This document shows, piece by piece, positions 12,150 to 23,353 of a stretch of 56,387 nucleotides of DNA. Source of the DNA: Burkholderiales bacterium (lineage in GTDB: Bacteria; Pseudomonadota; Gammaproteobacteria; Burkholderiales; SG8-41); NCBI GenBank assembly GCA_046715035.1, contig JBKJZR010000179.1:1-56387 (forward strand). The letters run 5' to 3'. The translations under genes and the position numbers were made by a program. Below the pieces are notes generated by a model. It had not been told where the DNA came from. It did not search any database and saw only the letters and a program-made list of their open reading frames with translations. The stretch's first letter is position 1. Each line of letters begins with the position of its first letter.

Positions 12150-13791
12150 GCGCCGGCTTGGGGGACTCCATCGCGCGCGTGATCTGCCACTGCTGGGCGA
12201 TCGAAAGGACGTTGTTGACGAGCCAGTACAACACCAGGCCCGCGGGGAAGAAAAAGAAGAAAATGCTGAACGCGATCGGCATGATCTTCATCACCTTGGC
12301 CTGCACCGGATCCGGGGGTTCTGGATTCAAATAGGTTTGAATGATCATCGTTGCGCCCATCAGCACCGGCAAGACGAAATACGGGTCAGGAGCCGACAAG
12401 TCATTGATCCATAAAGCAAACGGTGCCTGCCTGAGCTCTACGCTCGCCAGCAGCACCCAATATAGCGCAATGAAAACGGGAATCTGTACGAGGATCGGCA
12501 GGCACCCACCAAGCGGGTTGATCTTCTCGGTCTTGTACATTTCCATCATCGCTTGGTTGAGACGCGCGCGGTCGTTGCCGTACTGCTCCTTTAGTTTCTG
12601 CATGCGCGGCGTCATAACGCGCATCCTTGCCATCGACCGATAGCTCGCCGCCGATAACGGATAGAACAGGGCCTTGATGATGACCGTCAGGATGATGATC
12701 GCCACGCCCCAATTGCCCACCCACCGATAAATCCATTGCAGCAGCCAGAACAGCGGCGCGGCGATGACGGTCAACCACCCGTAATCCACGGTGAGATCCA
12801 GGCCGGGAGCCAACTGGCTCAGTTTGTCCTGCTCCTGCGGGCCGGCATACAGCGGCACGGTCAGCCTGGCGCTGCTGCCCGGTTCGACGCTCCCCGCTGA
12901 TACGATGACGCCGACCGAATACAAACCGTTGTCGAGGCGCTGCGTGAAAAACTCGCGTGGCGCATTGTTGGCGGGCAGCCATGCACTGAGAAAGTAGTGC
13001 TGCAGCACAGCGATCCACCCATCATTGCTTTTCTTGCGAAAGCCCGATTTGTCTTTGTCGATATCGCCGAAGGCGATTTTCTGAAACTTATCCCTATCGG
13101 TGTAGAGTGCCGCCCCGGTATAAGTAGGCAGCATCGCCGAGTCGCCGGCCGGCGGCTTGCCGTCACGCACGAGCTGGAAGTAGGCATCGGCGTGGATGGG
13201 CGCCGCGGACTTGTTGTCGATTTCATAGCTGACATCAATCAGATAGCTGCCGCGGCGAAAGGTATAGATCTTGGTCACTTGCACGCCGTCGACGGGTGGC
13301 GCCGTCAAACGCACGGCGACACTGTCGGCGCCGGGCGCAAGCTTTATGTCGCGTTCGGTCGTCGCATAGCGCGTGCGGTGATTCGGCAGGCCGTTGCCGA
13401 TCAGCCCGGATTGAGCGACGTAGATATGGTCGCCATCCGGCTGTAGCAGCATGAAGGTTTTCTTGCGATCGAGCGTATCGCGATGGGAAAGCAGCTCGAG
13501 CCCGCGCAGATCACCCCCGGCAGTATCGATCTCGGCGACAAACAGCTCCGTCGCCACACGGACTGTCTCCCCTTTCTGCAGCGCGCCGCTGGCTGCGGGA
13601 GGCGCGGTGCCGGCGGGTGCGGCGCTCAAGGGGCGCGACGGCGCCGGAACCGGCGTTCCGCTTGGCGCGGCGGGAGCTCCGACGGAGGGTTCAGCTGACG
13701 GCAGAGGCCGTCGATCCTTCTGCCACGCGTCGAACAGCATGAACACCGAGAACGTGAACACCATGAACAGAACTAAGCGCTGAGTATCCAT
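12139..13791 (-). CDS. yidC: Membrane protein insertase YidC
   Basis: 550-aa ORF with an N-terminal TM helix, a large periplasmic domain and a conserved C-terminal 5-TM core (GGCLPILVQIPVFIALY). Located downstream of rnpA. Confidence 0.95.
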   Translation of the reverse strand: MDTQRLVLFMVFTFSVFMLFDAWQKDRRPLPSAEPSVGAPAAPSGTPVPAPSRPLSAAPAGTAPPAASGALQKGETVRVATELFVAEIDTAGGDLRGLELLSHRDTLDRKKTFMLLQPDGDHIYVAQSGLIGNGLPNHRTRYATTERDIKLAPGADSVAVRLTAPPVDGVQVTKIYTFRRGSYLIDVSYEIDNKSAAPIHADAYFQLVRDGKPPAGDSAMLPTYTGAALYTDRDKFQKIAFGDIDKDKSGFRKKSNDGWIAVLQHYFLSAWLPANNAPREFFTQRLDNGLYSVGVIVSAGSVEPGSSARLTVPLYAGPQEQDKLSQLAPGLDLTVDYGWLTVIAAPLFWLLQWIYRWVGNWGVAIIILTVIIKALFYPLSAASYRSMARMRVMTPRMQKLKEQYGNDRARLNQAMMEMYKTEKINPLGGCLPILVQIPVFIALYWVLLASVELRQAPFALWINDLSAPDPYFVLPVLMGATMIIQTYLNPEPPDPVQAKVMKIMPIAFSIFFFFFPAGLVLYWLVNNVLSIAQQWQITRAMESPKPAHGK

Positions 13792-13822
13792 AGACTGATT
13801 GCCGATTAATGGGTCGCAGGGG

Positions 13823-14197
13823 CTAAAGCGCGGCCGTGCACTGCCGATGTGCGAGTATCAGCAGATCGCGCAATTCGAGACGGGCTACGCCAGACATGGC
13901 GCGCGTGATCGCCACCCGCGGACGCACGACTACATCGAGACCGGGTAATACGTCATGCTCTGCGCGAAATACTTCGCGCACGAGACGTTTCGCATAATTG
14001 CGCACCACTGCCCGCTGCGCCACTCGCTTGCTCATCACCACGCCGAGTCTCGCGCCGGGGCTGCCATTGGGTTTGGCATAAACCTGGAACAGCGCGCCCC
14101 TGACGGCGCACCTATGTGCAAACACCGCGGCAAAGGCATGCGGCCCGTCGAGCCGCCGCGCGCGGGTAAAGGAAAATTGCCCTTCGGGCCCCGTCAA
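13823..14197 (-). CDS. rnpA: Ribonuclease P protein component
   Basis: 124-aa basic protein directly after rpmH. The track start is a TTG whose TTGA overlaps the rpmH stop. The exact start is uncertain. Confidence 0.85.
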   Translation of the reverse strand: MTGPEGQFSFTRARRLDGPHAFAAVFAHRCAVRGALFQVYAKPNGSPGARLGVVMSKRVAQRAVVRNYAKRLVREVFRAEHDVLPGLDVVVRPRVAITRAMSGVARLELRDLLILAHRQCTAAL

Positions 14198-14328
14198 ACG
14201 CCCAGGCGCGCGCGCCCTTTGGCGCGCCGCGCACGCACGACCGCACGGCCGCCGCGGGTCTTCATGCGTACCCGGAATCCGTGCGTGCGTTTGCGCCGCG
14301 TCGTCGATGGCTGATACGTGCGTTTCAT
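14194..14328 (-). CDS. rpmH: 50S ribosomal protein L34
   Basis: The internal Met of the 65-aa track ORF gives the canonical 44-aa L34 sequence [44 protein letters not shown]. Confidence 0.95.
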   Translation of the reverse strand: MKRTYQPSTTRRKRTHGFRVRMKTRGGRAVVRARRAKGRARLGV

Positions 14329-14361
14329 GATTTCTGCCCGTCCGGAAGTGAAAAGCCCGCT

Positions 14362-14391
14362 ATTACAACCGCTGGGCGGGCACTCTGTCAA
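14362..14391 (-). promoter_or_regulatory. Putative rpmH-rnpA promoter
   Basis: The minus strand reads TTGACA (14391-14386), an 18-nt spacer, then TGTAAT (14367-14362). This lies about 35 nt upstream of the rpmH ATG. Confidence 0.45.
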
Positions 14392-14435
14392 ATGACGTTC
14401 AGTCGCGCGCGCGGTACCGGCGCGGCCCCGATGGT

Positions 14436-14444
14436 TGTGGATAA
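14436..14444 (-). promoter_or_regulatory. Consensus DnaA box
   Basis: The plus strand reads TGTGGATAA, the reverse complement of the perfect 9-mer TTATCCACA. It lies 82 nt upstream of the dnaA ATG. Confidence 0.75.
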
Positions 14445-14466
14445 CTTCTGCCGAAAACGTTAAAAT
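14438..14466 (+). promoter_or_regulatory. Putative dnaA promoter overlapped by the DnaA box
   Basis: TGGATA (14438-14443), a 17-nt spacer, then TAAAAT (14461-14466). The -35 element lies inside the DnaA box, which fits DnaA autoregulation. Confidence 0.4.
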
Positions 14467-14525
14467 CAGTGCTGGAATTCGATGTTTTTCCCCCCCACCC
14501 GTTCACCACTCCGCCGGTCTTCGTA

Positions 14526-15848
14526 ATGAATAGCTTTTGGCGTTCCTGTCTCGATCATTTCGAGGAGCAGCTGCCACCGCAGCAGTTCAAAACGTGGATC
14601 AAGCCGCTCAAATTTCAGGGGGCTGATAATGCGTACACGCTGCTCGCTCCCAACCGCTTTGTCCTGCAGTGGATACGCGACCGATTTCTCGACGAAATCC
14701 GGCGGCTGGCGAACGAGCAGCTCGGCGCCGATGCGACCATCAGCCTCGTGCTCGTCGAGCGGGATGTGCCTGTTGCGGCCAAGCCGCTGGTACCGGAGAC
14801 GCGGGGCGCCAAGCCGAGCACGCGCGAGATTTCCCGCCTCAACCCGGAATTGAGCTTCAACACGTTCGTAACGGGTAAGGCCAATGAGCTCGCGCGTGCC
14901 GCAGCCGTCCAGGTAGCCGAGCGTCCCGGCGCCGCTTACAACCCCCTGTTCATCTACGGCGGGGTGGGTCTGGGCAAGACGCACCTCGTCCATGCCATCG
15001 GCAACCTGGTGCAGGAAAAGCTGCCGCAAAGCCGCATCCGCTATATACACGCCGAGCAGTACGTGTCCGACGTGGTGCGCGCCTATCAGCACAAGGCTTT
15101 CGATGACTTCAAACGTTACTATCATTCGCTCGATCTGCTGTTGATCGACGATATCCAGTTCTTCAGCGGCAAGAGCCGCACCCAGGAAGAGTTTTTCTAC
15201 GCGTTCAACGCGCTTATCGAGTCTCACAAGCAGGTTGTGATCACGTGCGACACCTATCCGCGTGAGATCGCCGGTATGGAGAATCGTCTTATTTCGCGTT
15301 TCGGCTGGGGCCTGACGGTCGCTGTCGAGCCGCCCGAGCTGGAGATGCGAGTAGCCATCTTGCTACGCAAGGCGGCCGCTGAAAACGTGGCGCTGGACGA
15401 AACCGTGGCTTTTTTCATTGCCAGCCATAGCCAGACCAACGTCCGCGAGCTCGAGGGCGCGCTCAAACGCATCCTTGCGTATTCGCGTTTCTCCGGCCAG
15501 CCCATTTCCATCGCGCTGTGCCGCGAGGCCCTGCGCGACTTGCTCGCGCTGCAAAGCCGGCAGGTATCGATCGATAACATACAGAAAACAGTCGCCGATT
15601 ATTACAAGATCAAGGTTTCAGAGATGTATTCCAAGAAGCGCAGCCGCAACGTCGCGCGGCCGCGCCAGATCGCGATGGCACTGGCCAAGGAGCTTACGCA
15701 GCTAAGCCTGCCGGACATCGGTGACGCGTTCGGCGGGCGCGATCATACGACGGTTCTGCATGCGTGCCGCCGCATTGCGGCGCTCAAGACCACGAGCAAT
15801 GACATCACCCGCGATTTCGATTCCCTGCTCAAGGTTCTGCGCAGTTGA
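14526..15848 (+). CDS. dnaA: Chromosomal replication initiator protein DnaA
   Basis: The likely start is [28 protein letters not shown] at the ATG at 14526; the track ORF begins 19 codons earlier. AAA+ motifs are present ([23 protein letters not shown]), as is the C-terminal DNA-binding helix ([12 protein letters not shown]). Confidence 0.96.
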   Translation: MNSFWRSCLDHFEEQLPPQQFKTWIKPLKFQGADNAYTLLAPNRFVLQWIRDRFLDEIRRLANEQLGADATISLVLVERDVPVAAKPLVPETRGAKPSTREISRLNPELSFNTFVTGKANELARAAAVQVAERPGAAYNPLFIYGGVGLGKTHLVHAIGNLVQEKLPQSRIRYIHAEQYVSDVVRAYQHKAFDDFKRYYHSLDLLLIDDIQFFSGKSRTQEEFFYAFNALIESHKQVVITCDTYPREIAGMENRLISRFGWGLTVAVEPPELEMRVAILLRKAAAENVALDETVAFFIASHSQTNVRELEGALKRILAYSRFSGQPISIALCREALRDLLALQSRQVSIDNIQKTVADYYKIKVSEMYSKKRSRNVARPRQIAMALAKELTQLSLPDIGDAFGGRDHTTVLHACRRIAALKTTSNDITRDFDSLLKVLRS

Positions 15849-15979
15849 CATCCTGTGGGTCTTTTGTGCATAGGCCGGAGTATCCGCACAACTCAATTAT
15901 CATCAACAATCGATTCACAGCCAGGACGCCGGTCTATTCGGCAGTTCGGCTCCTCCGCTATGCGCCTGCCGAGCTGCAG

Positions 15980-15988
15980 TTACCCACA
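15980..15988 (+). promoter_or_regulatory. DnaA-box-like 9-mer (one mismatch)
   Basis: TTACCCACA compared with TTATCCACA. It sits at the edge of the AT-rich part of the dnaA-dnaN spacer. Confidence 0.35.
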
Positions 15989-16029
15989 AAAATAACGACT
16001 GTATCTATTACTACTAGAAAGATATAACC

Positions 16030-17139
16030 ATGAAACTGGTACAGGCACAGCGCGACGATTTGCTCAAACCGCTGCATGCAGTTTCCGGTATCGTCGAGAA
16101 ACGCCATACTCTTCCCATCTTGTCCAACGTGCTCCTCGAGCGCAGTGGCGAACGCCTGCATCTGGTTGCGACCGATCTCGAGATTCAGGTGGCGACGAGT
16201 TTTTCACTTCGGCAGAAAAGCGCCGAAAACTATCTCGTGACCGTATCGGCGCGAAAACTTCAGGAAATACTGCGTTCGTTGCCCGAGCAGGCCGAGGTTA
16301 CGCTGGAAACGCAGAACAATCGCCTGCAGGTGAAGTCCGGCAAGAGCCGCTTCAACCTGCAGACGCTCCCCGCCGAAGACTTTCCGAAAATGGCACAGGC
16401 GGCCGGAGCGGTGACCCAGATCAATCTGCCGCAAAAGGCGCTGCGCGCGTTGTTGCTGCTCGTGCAGTATGCGATGGCTCAGCAGGACATCCGTTATTAC
16501 CTGAACGGGATGCTGCTGGTGGTGGAAGACGGCCTGCTCAAGGCGGTGGCCACCGACGGTCATCGCCTGGCATACGCCAACATTTCGACCCAGCAGAAAA
16601 CCGAGCGCCAGGAAGTGATACTGCCGCGAAAAGCCGTGCAGGAGCTCGTCAAACTGCTCAGCGATACCGACGATGAAGTGACCATAGGCATAGCGGCGAG
16701 CCAGGCCCGTTTCGAGCTCGGGCCGGTTGTTCTCGTGACCAAAGTCGTCGACGGAAAGTTTCCCGACTATACCCGCGTGATTCCGACGGCGAACAAGCAC
16801 ACGTTTTCGCTGCCGCGTTTAACGCTGCAGCAGGCGCTGCAGCGGGTGGCCATCCTCTCTAACGAAAAGTTCCGCGGCGTGCGCTGGACGCTGACGGCAG
16901 GCCAGCTGCGCATAGCCTGTACCAATACCGAACAGGAAGAGGCGTTCGAGGAGCTGGAAATCTCCTACCAGGGCGAAGCCCTGGATATCGGCTTCAACGT
17001 CACCTACCTGCTGGACGTCCTTGCCAATCTCTCGTCCGAGAACGTGATCTGCTCATTCGGAGATGCCAACAGCAGCGTGCTGATTACCATCGCGGAAGAC
17101 GCAGATTTCAGGTATGTCGTCATGCCGATGCGCATTTAG
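16030..17139 (+). CDS. dnaN: DNA polymerase III subunit beta (sliding clamp)
   Basis: 369-aa ORF starting MKLVQAQRDDLLKPLHAVSGIVEKRHTLPILSNVLLE, in the dnaA-dnaN-gyrB gene order. Confidence 0.97.
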   Translation: MKLVQAQRDDLLKPLHAVSGIVEKRHTLPILSNVLLERSGERLHLVATDLEIQVATSFSLRQKSAENYLVTVSARKLQEILRSLPEQAEVTLETQNNRLQVKSGKSRFNLQTLPAEDFPKMAQAAGAVTQINLPQKALRALLLLVQYAMAQQDIRYYLNGMLLVVEDGLLKAVATDGHRLAYANISTQQKTERQEVILPRKAVQELVKLLSDTDDEVTIGIAASQARFELGPVVLVTKVVDGKFPDYTRVIPTANKHTFSLPRLTLQQALQRVAILSNEKFRGVRWTLTAGQLRIACTNTEQEEAFEELEISYQGEALDIGFNVTYLLDVLANLSSENVICSFGDANSSVLITIAEDADFRYVVMPMRI

Positions 17140-19587
<2,448 letters not shown>

Positions 19588-19654
19588 GGAAAGCTGCGCA
19601 CGCCGCGCCGCACTCTAAGCCCCGTGGGCTCACTCACTCTTTCAAGGCTCATGC

Positions 19655-20620
19655 ATGCGTGGCAAAACCATAGGGCTGCTGGCCGCAGCAGCGGTCGCAG
19701 GTGCGGCGTGGGGCGCGGAGAGCTATCCGGCCAGACCGGTGCGCATGCTCGTCGGGTTTCCGCCTGGCGGCAGCACAGATCTGCTGGCGCGGCTGATCGG
19801 GCAAAAACTCGCGGACGATCTCGGACAGCAGGTCGTCATCGACAACCGCGCGGGCGCGGCGGGTAATCTCGCCTCCGAACTGGTAGCGAAAGCGACGCCC
19901 GACGGCTATACCCTGCTGATGGCGACCGTCAGCAGCCATGGCATCAACCCCGGCCTCTACAGGAAAGTGCCGTACGATCCGGTCAGGGACTATGCACCCG
20001 TGACCCTGATCGCGTCGTATCCACTCATACTGGCCGTCCACCCTGCCGTCCCCGCGAAGAACGTCAGAGATCTCATCGGCCTCGCCAAGGCCCGGCCGGG
20101 GCAGCTCACCTTCGGGTCGTCTGGCAACGGTTCACCGGGACACCTGAGCGGCGAGCTTTTCAAGTCGATGGCGGGAGTGGATCTCGTCCACGTGCCGTAC
20201 AAAGGCGGTGCGCCGTCGACCATCGCACTGCTGTCCGGAGAAGTCCAGATGTCGTTTGCGACGTTGCCGGCCATGATGCCGCATATCAAGTCCGGCAAGC
20301 TGCTCGGGCCCGCGGTCACCACTGGCCGGCGTTCGCCGGCGTTGCCCGAGGTGCCGACGATCGCCGAGGCGGGCCTGGCAGGATTCGACGTGAGTTCATG
20401 GGCGGGCCTGATGGCGCCTGCTGCAACACCGAGGCAGGTGGTGAATCGCCTGCATGCCGCCACGGTCAAGGCGCTGGCCAGCCCTGAAATCCGCGAGCGC
20501 CTCGCCAGCGAGGGGGCCGAGCCGGTCGGCAATACGCCCGAACAGTTCGCCGCTTTCGTGAAAACAGAGCTCGCGAAATGGGCCCGCGCGATCAAACAGG
20601 CCGGGGCGCAACTCGACTAG
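19655..20620 (+). CDS. Bug-family (TctC-like) periplasmic substrate-binding protein, orphan
   Basis: 321-aa ORF with a signal peptide followed by the Bug signature YPARPVRMLVGFPPGGSTDLLARLIGQKL...IDNRAGAAGN. No adjacent tctAB genes. Confidence 0.9.
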   Translation: MRGKTIGLLAAAAVAGAAWGAESYPARPVRMLVGFPPGGSTDLLARLIGQKLADDLGQQVVIDNRAGAAGNLASELVAKATPDGYTLLMATVSSHGINPGLYRKVPYDPVRDYAPVTLIASYPLILAVHPAVPAKNVRDLIGLAKARPGQLTFGSSGNGSPGHLSGELFKSMAGVDLVHVPYKGGAPSTIALLSGEVQMSFATLPAMMPHIKSGKLLGPAVTTGRRSPALPEVPTIAEAGLAGFDVSSWAGLMAPAATPRQVVNRLHAATVKALASPEIRERLASEGAEPVGNTPEQFAAFVKTELAKWARAIKQAGAQLD

Positions 20621-20622
20621 AT

Positions 20623-23181
20623 TTAACCTGCGACGGCTTTGCGCGTCTTGCCGGCAGCTTTGGGCCGCGTCGCTTTCGCCTCGCGCGGCGCGAATTCGAA
20701 AGTGACCTTGCCATCGGCGCCGCGGGCCAGGAACGCCGAGAACGGTCGCCCCTTTTTTGAAATGAAGCGGTGCAGCAGATCGGTCTTCCCGGTCGCCAGC
20801 AGCTTGCGCATCTGCTCGGGCTCGATCGTTCTCTGGAGGATCACCTTGCCGGAGCGAAAATCGCACGCCCGCTCTGGGCCGACCGCTTTTTCACATACAT
20901 ACGCCAGTCCATGGCTGTAGACGCGACTGCCGCATTTCGGGCACGCACCCAGCGGCTGCTGATCTGAGAAGTCGACGGGCTCAGCCCCAGCTTCGACGCT
21001 GCTCTGGCCAAAATCGAATTCGGTCTTGAAGTCAGGGCTCAGCTTGAGCAGCGCCACGAATGGCTTGCCCATGCGGCTGCGAAAACCCTGCAGCGGTCCG
21101 ACGCTGCGTTCGGTTATCAGAGTCTCGACTTCCGAGGCCTCGAGCTGGCGGCCGGCGAGGATTTTCCACAGCGAAAAATCACAAGTCTGACATTGAAATT
21201 TCTTGTAATTTTCCTTTACGACGCCGGCGCATTTTGGGCAAGGCGTAGCGAGAGTCGCGAAATCGCCGGGCACCGTATCGCTCTCATGCCCGCGCGCGCG
21301 TTCGACGATGTCGCGCGTCATATCGGTGATCTGCTGCATGAATGCATCGCGCTTGAGCTTGCCGTGTTCCATCTGCGATAGTTTGTACTCCCACTCGCCG
21401 GTCAGCTCGGGAGAACGCAACTCGTCGATTTTCAGCCCCCGCAGCAGCGTAATCAGCTGATCGGCTTTCGCGGTCGGCTGCAGTTCGCGCCCGTTGCGGT
21501 GAACGTAGCGCTCGTAGATCAGGCCCTCGATGATCGAGGCGCGTGTGGCAGGCGTGCCGAGGCCTTTGGCGCGCATCGCATCACGCAGCTCCTCGTCTTC
21601 GATGAGCTTGCCGGCGCCTTCCATCGCAGACAGCAAGGTGGCCTCCGAGAAGCGGGCCGGCGGCTTGGTCTGCAATGCGGCGACGACCACTTCGATGGCG
21701 CGAGGCGTCTCGGTGGCGACGTCGACCGGCAGGAGCGCCGGCGTGTCGTCCGTCTCCGCTTCCTTGCCGTAGACTTCCAGCCACCCGGCGTTCACCATAA
21801 TCTTGCCTTCGCTCTTGAAGGGCTCGCCTTCCACGCGAGTTACGCGCGTCGTGATCTGGAATTCGGCTGCCGGAAAAAACACCGCGAGGAAGCGCTTGGT
21901 GACCAAGTCGTAAACCTTGCCTTCGGCTTCGCTCAGGTGCTTGGGAGCGAGCGAGGTCGGAATGATGGCGAAGTGATCCGAAACCTTGGCGTTATTGAAA
22001 ATGCGCTTGTTCGGACGCACCCATTTATTGCCGAGGATTTTTTTGACTAACGGCTGGTACGGTTTGTCGAGCGCCTGCATCGCGGCGGCAACCGTTGGCA
22101 GGTAATCCTCGGGCAGCGCACGCGAGTCGGTGCGCGGATAAGTCAGCGCCTTGTGTTTCTCATAAAGCGCTTGCGCGATCGACAGCGTCGTCTTCGCCGA
22201 GAACCCGAAACGGCCGTTGGCCTCGCGCTGCAGGCTCGTGAGGTCATAGAGCAGCGGCGAGAGCTGCGTCGACGGCTTGCTCTCCTCCTCGACGGTGCCG
22301 TTTTTTCCCTGGCACCGGGCGCGGATCGCTTCGGCACGCGCTTGTTCCCAAAGGCGCTCGGGCCGAAGATCGCCGTCATCGGCTTTCTTGTCCTTGCTGA
22401 AGTTCTCGTCGAACCAGCGGCCGGCGTATTCCCCGGCCTTGCAGCTGAAGGTGGCTTGCACCTCGAAATAATCGCGCGCCACGAACTTCTTTATCTTTTC
22501 CTCGCGTTCGACCAGGATCGTCAGCGTTGGCGTCTGCACGCGGCCGACGGTCGTCAGATGGAAGCCGCCGGACTTGGAATTGAACGCGGTCATTGCGCGC
22601 GTCCCGTTGATGCCGACGAGCCAGTCCGACTCCGAGCGGCATACCGCGGCATCGGCCAGCGGCAGCATCTCCTTGTCGCTGCGCAGCTGCGCGAAGCCGT
22701 CGCGGATCGCGGTCGGCGTCATCGACTGCAGCCACAGGCGCTGGCTGGGCTTGTGGGTCTTCGTATGGCGCACGATGTAGCGGAATATCAGCTCGCCTTC
22801 CCGCCCTGCATCGCACGCGTTGATCAGCGCCACGACGTCCTTACGCTTGATCAACCGGCTGAGCAGCTTCAACCTGTCGTCGGATTTCTCGATTGGACGC
22901 AGGTCGAAATGCGGAGGAATCACGGGCAGATGCGCGAATGACCACTTGCCCCGCTTGACCTCGAACTCTTCCGGGACGATGAGCTCGAGCAGATGGCCCA
23001 CCGCCGAGGACAGAACGTATTCGTCGCTTTCGAAATAGTCGCCGTGGCGCGTGAAGCCGCCGAGCGCACGCGAGATGTCGTTCGCTACGGAAGGTTTCTC
23101 CGCAATGATCAATTTTTTGCCGGCGGGCGCGGGCTTGCTGACCGCTGGAGCTTTTTTGGCGGGTGTGGGTTTTTTGGCCAT
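20623..23181 (-). CDS. topB: Type IA DNA topoisomerase, topoisomerase III-like, with C-terminal zinc ribbons
   Basis: 852-aa ORF. The Toprim N-terminus LIIAEKPSVANDISRALGG, together with GHLLEL and SESDWLVGINGTRAMT, resembles TopB rather than TopA (IVESPAKAK). The C-terminus carries CPKCAGVV...CQTCDF and CPKCGSRV...CEKA motifs, and both ends have Lys/Ala-rich tails. Confidence 0.88.
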   Translation of the reverse strand: MAKKPTPAKKAPAVSKPAPAGKKLIIAEKPSVANDISRALGGFTRHGDYFESDEYVLSSAVGHLLELIVPEEFEVKRGKWSFAHLPVIPPHFDLRPIEKSDDRLKLLSRLIKRKDVVALINACDAGREGELIFRYIVRHTKTHKPSQRLWLQSMTPTAIRDGFAQLRSDKEMLPLADAAVCRSESDWLVGINGTRAMTAFNSKSGGFHLTTVGRVQTPTLTILVEREEKIKKFVARDYFEVQATFSCKAGEYAGRWFDENFSKDKKADDGDLRPERLWEQARAEAIRARCQGKNGTVEEESKPSTQLSPLLYDLTSLQREANGRFGFSAKTTLSIAQALYEKHKALTYPRTDSRALPEDYLPTVAAAMQALDKPYQPLVKKILGNKWVRPNKRIFNNAKVSDHFAIIPTSLAPKHLSEAEGKVYDLVTKRFLAVFFPAAEFQITTRVTRVEGEPFKSEGKIMVNAGWLEVYGKEAETDDTPALLPVDVATETPRAIEVVVAALQTKPPARFSEATLLSAMEGAGKLIEDEELRDAMRAKGLGTPATRASIIEGLIYERYVHRNGRELQPTAKADQLITLLRGLKIDELRSPELTGEWEYKLSQMEHGKLKRDAFMQQITDMTRDIVERARGHESDTVPGDFATLATPCPKCAGVVKENYKKFQCQTCDFSLWKILAGRQLEASEVETLITERSVGPLQGFRSRMGKPFVALLKLSPDFKTEFDFGQSSVEAGAEPVDFSDQQPLGACPKCGSRVYSHGLAYVCEKAVGPERACDFRSGKVILQRTIEPEQMRKLLATGKTDLLHRFISKKGRPFSAFLARGADGKVTFEFAPREAKATRPKAAGKTRKAVAG

Positions 23182-23353
23182 CTGCTGCAGGATACGGTCA
23201 CTGCGTGGGGGGCGGATTTAAGAGAGCGCCAGATGATAAGAACAAAAATCGGGCAAAGCAAGCGCGCATTGCGCACTGTCGCGCGCGCCAGACATGACGC
23301 CGGAAACCGGGAAGCGCGTAATTATCAGGAGCTTGGGAGGCCTACGCGGGCCG

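Noticed and set aside
14466-15227. 253-aa minus-strand ORF at the dnaA locus.
   Set aside because: It is antisense to the dnaA N-terminal half and would remove the rpmH-dnaA spacer. It has no recognisable domain.
21162-21170. DnaA-box-like TTTTCCACA inside the topoisomerase gene.
   Set aside because: It is a single 8/9 match deep in coding sequence with no neighbouring boxes or AT-rich tract. Such a match is expected by chance.
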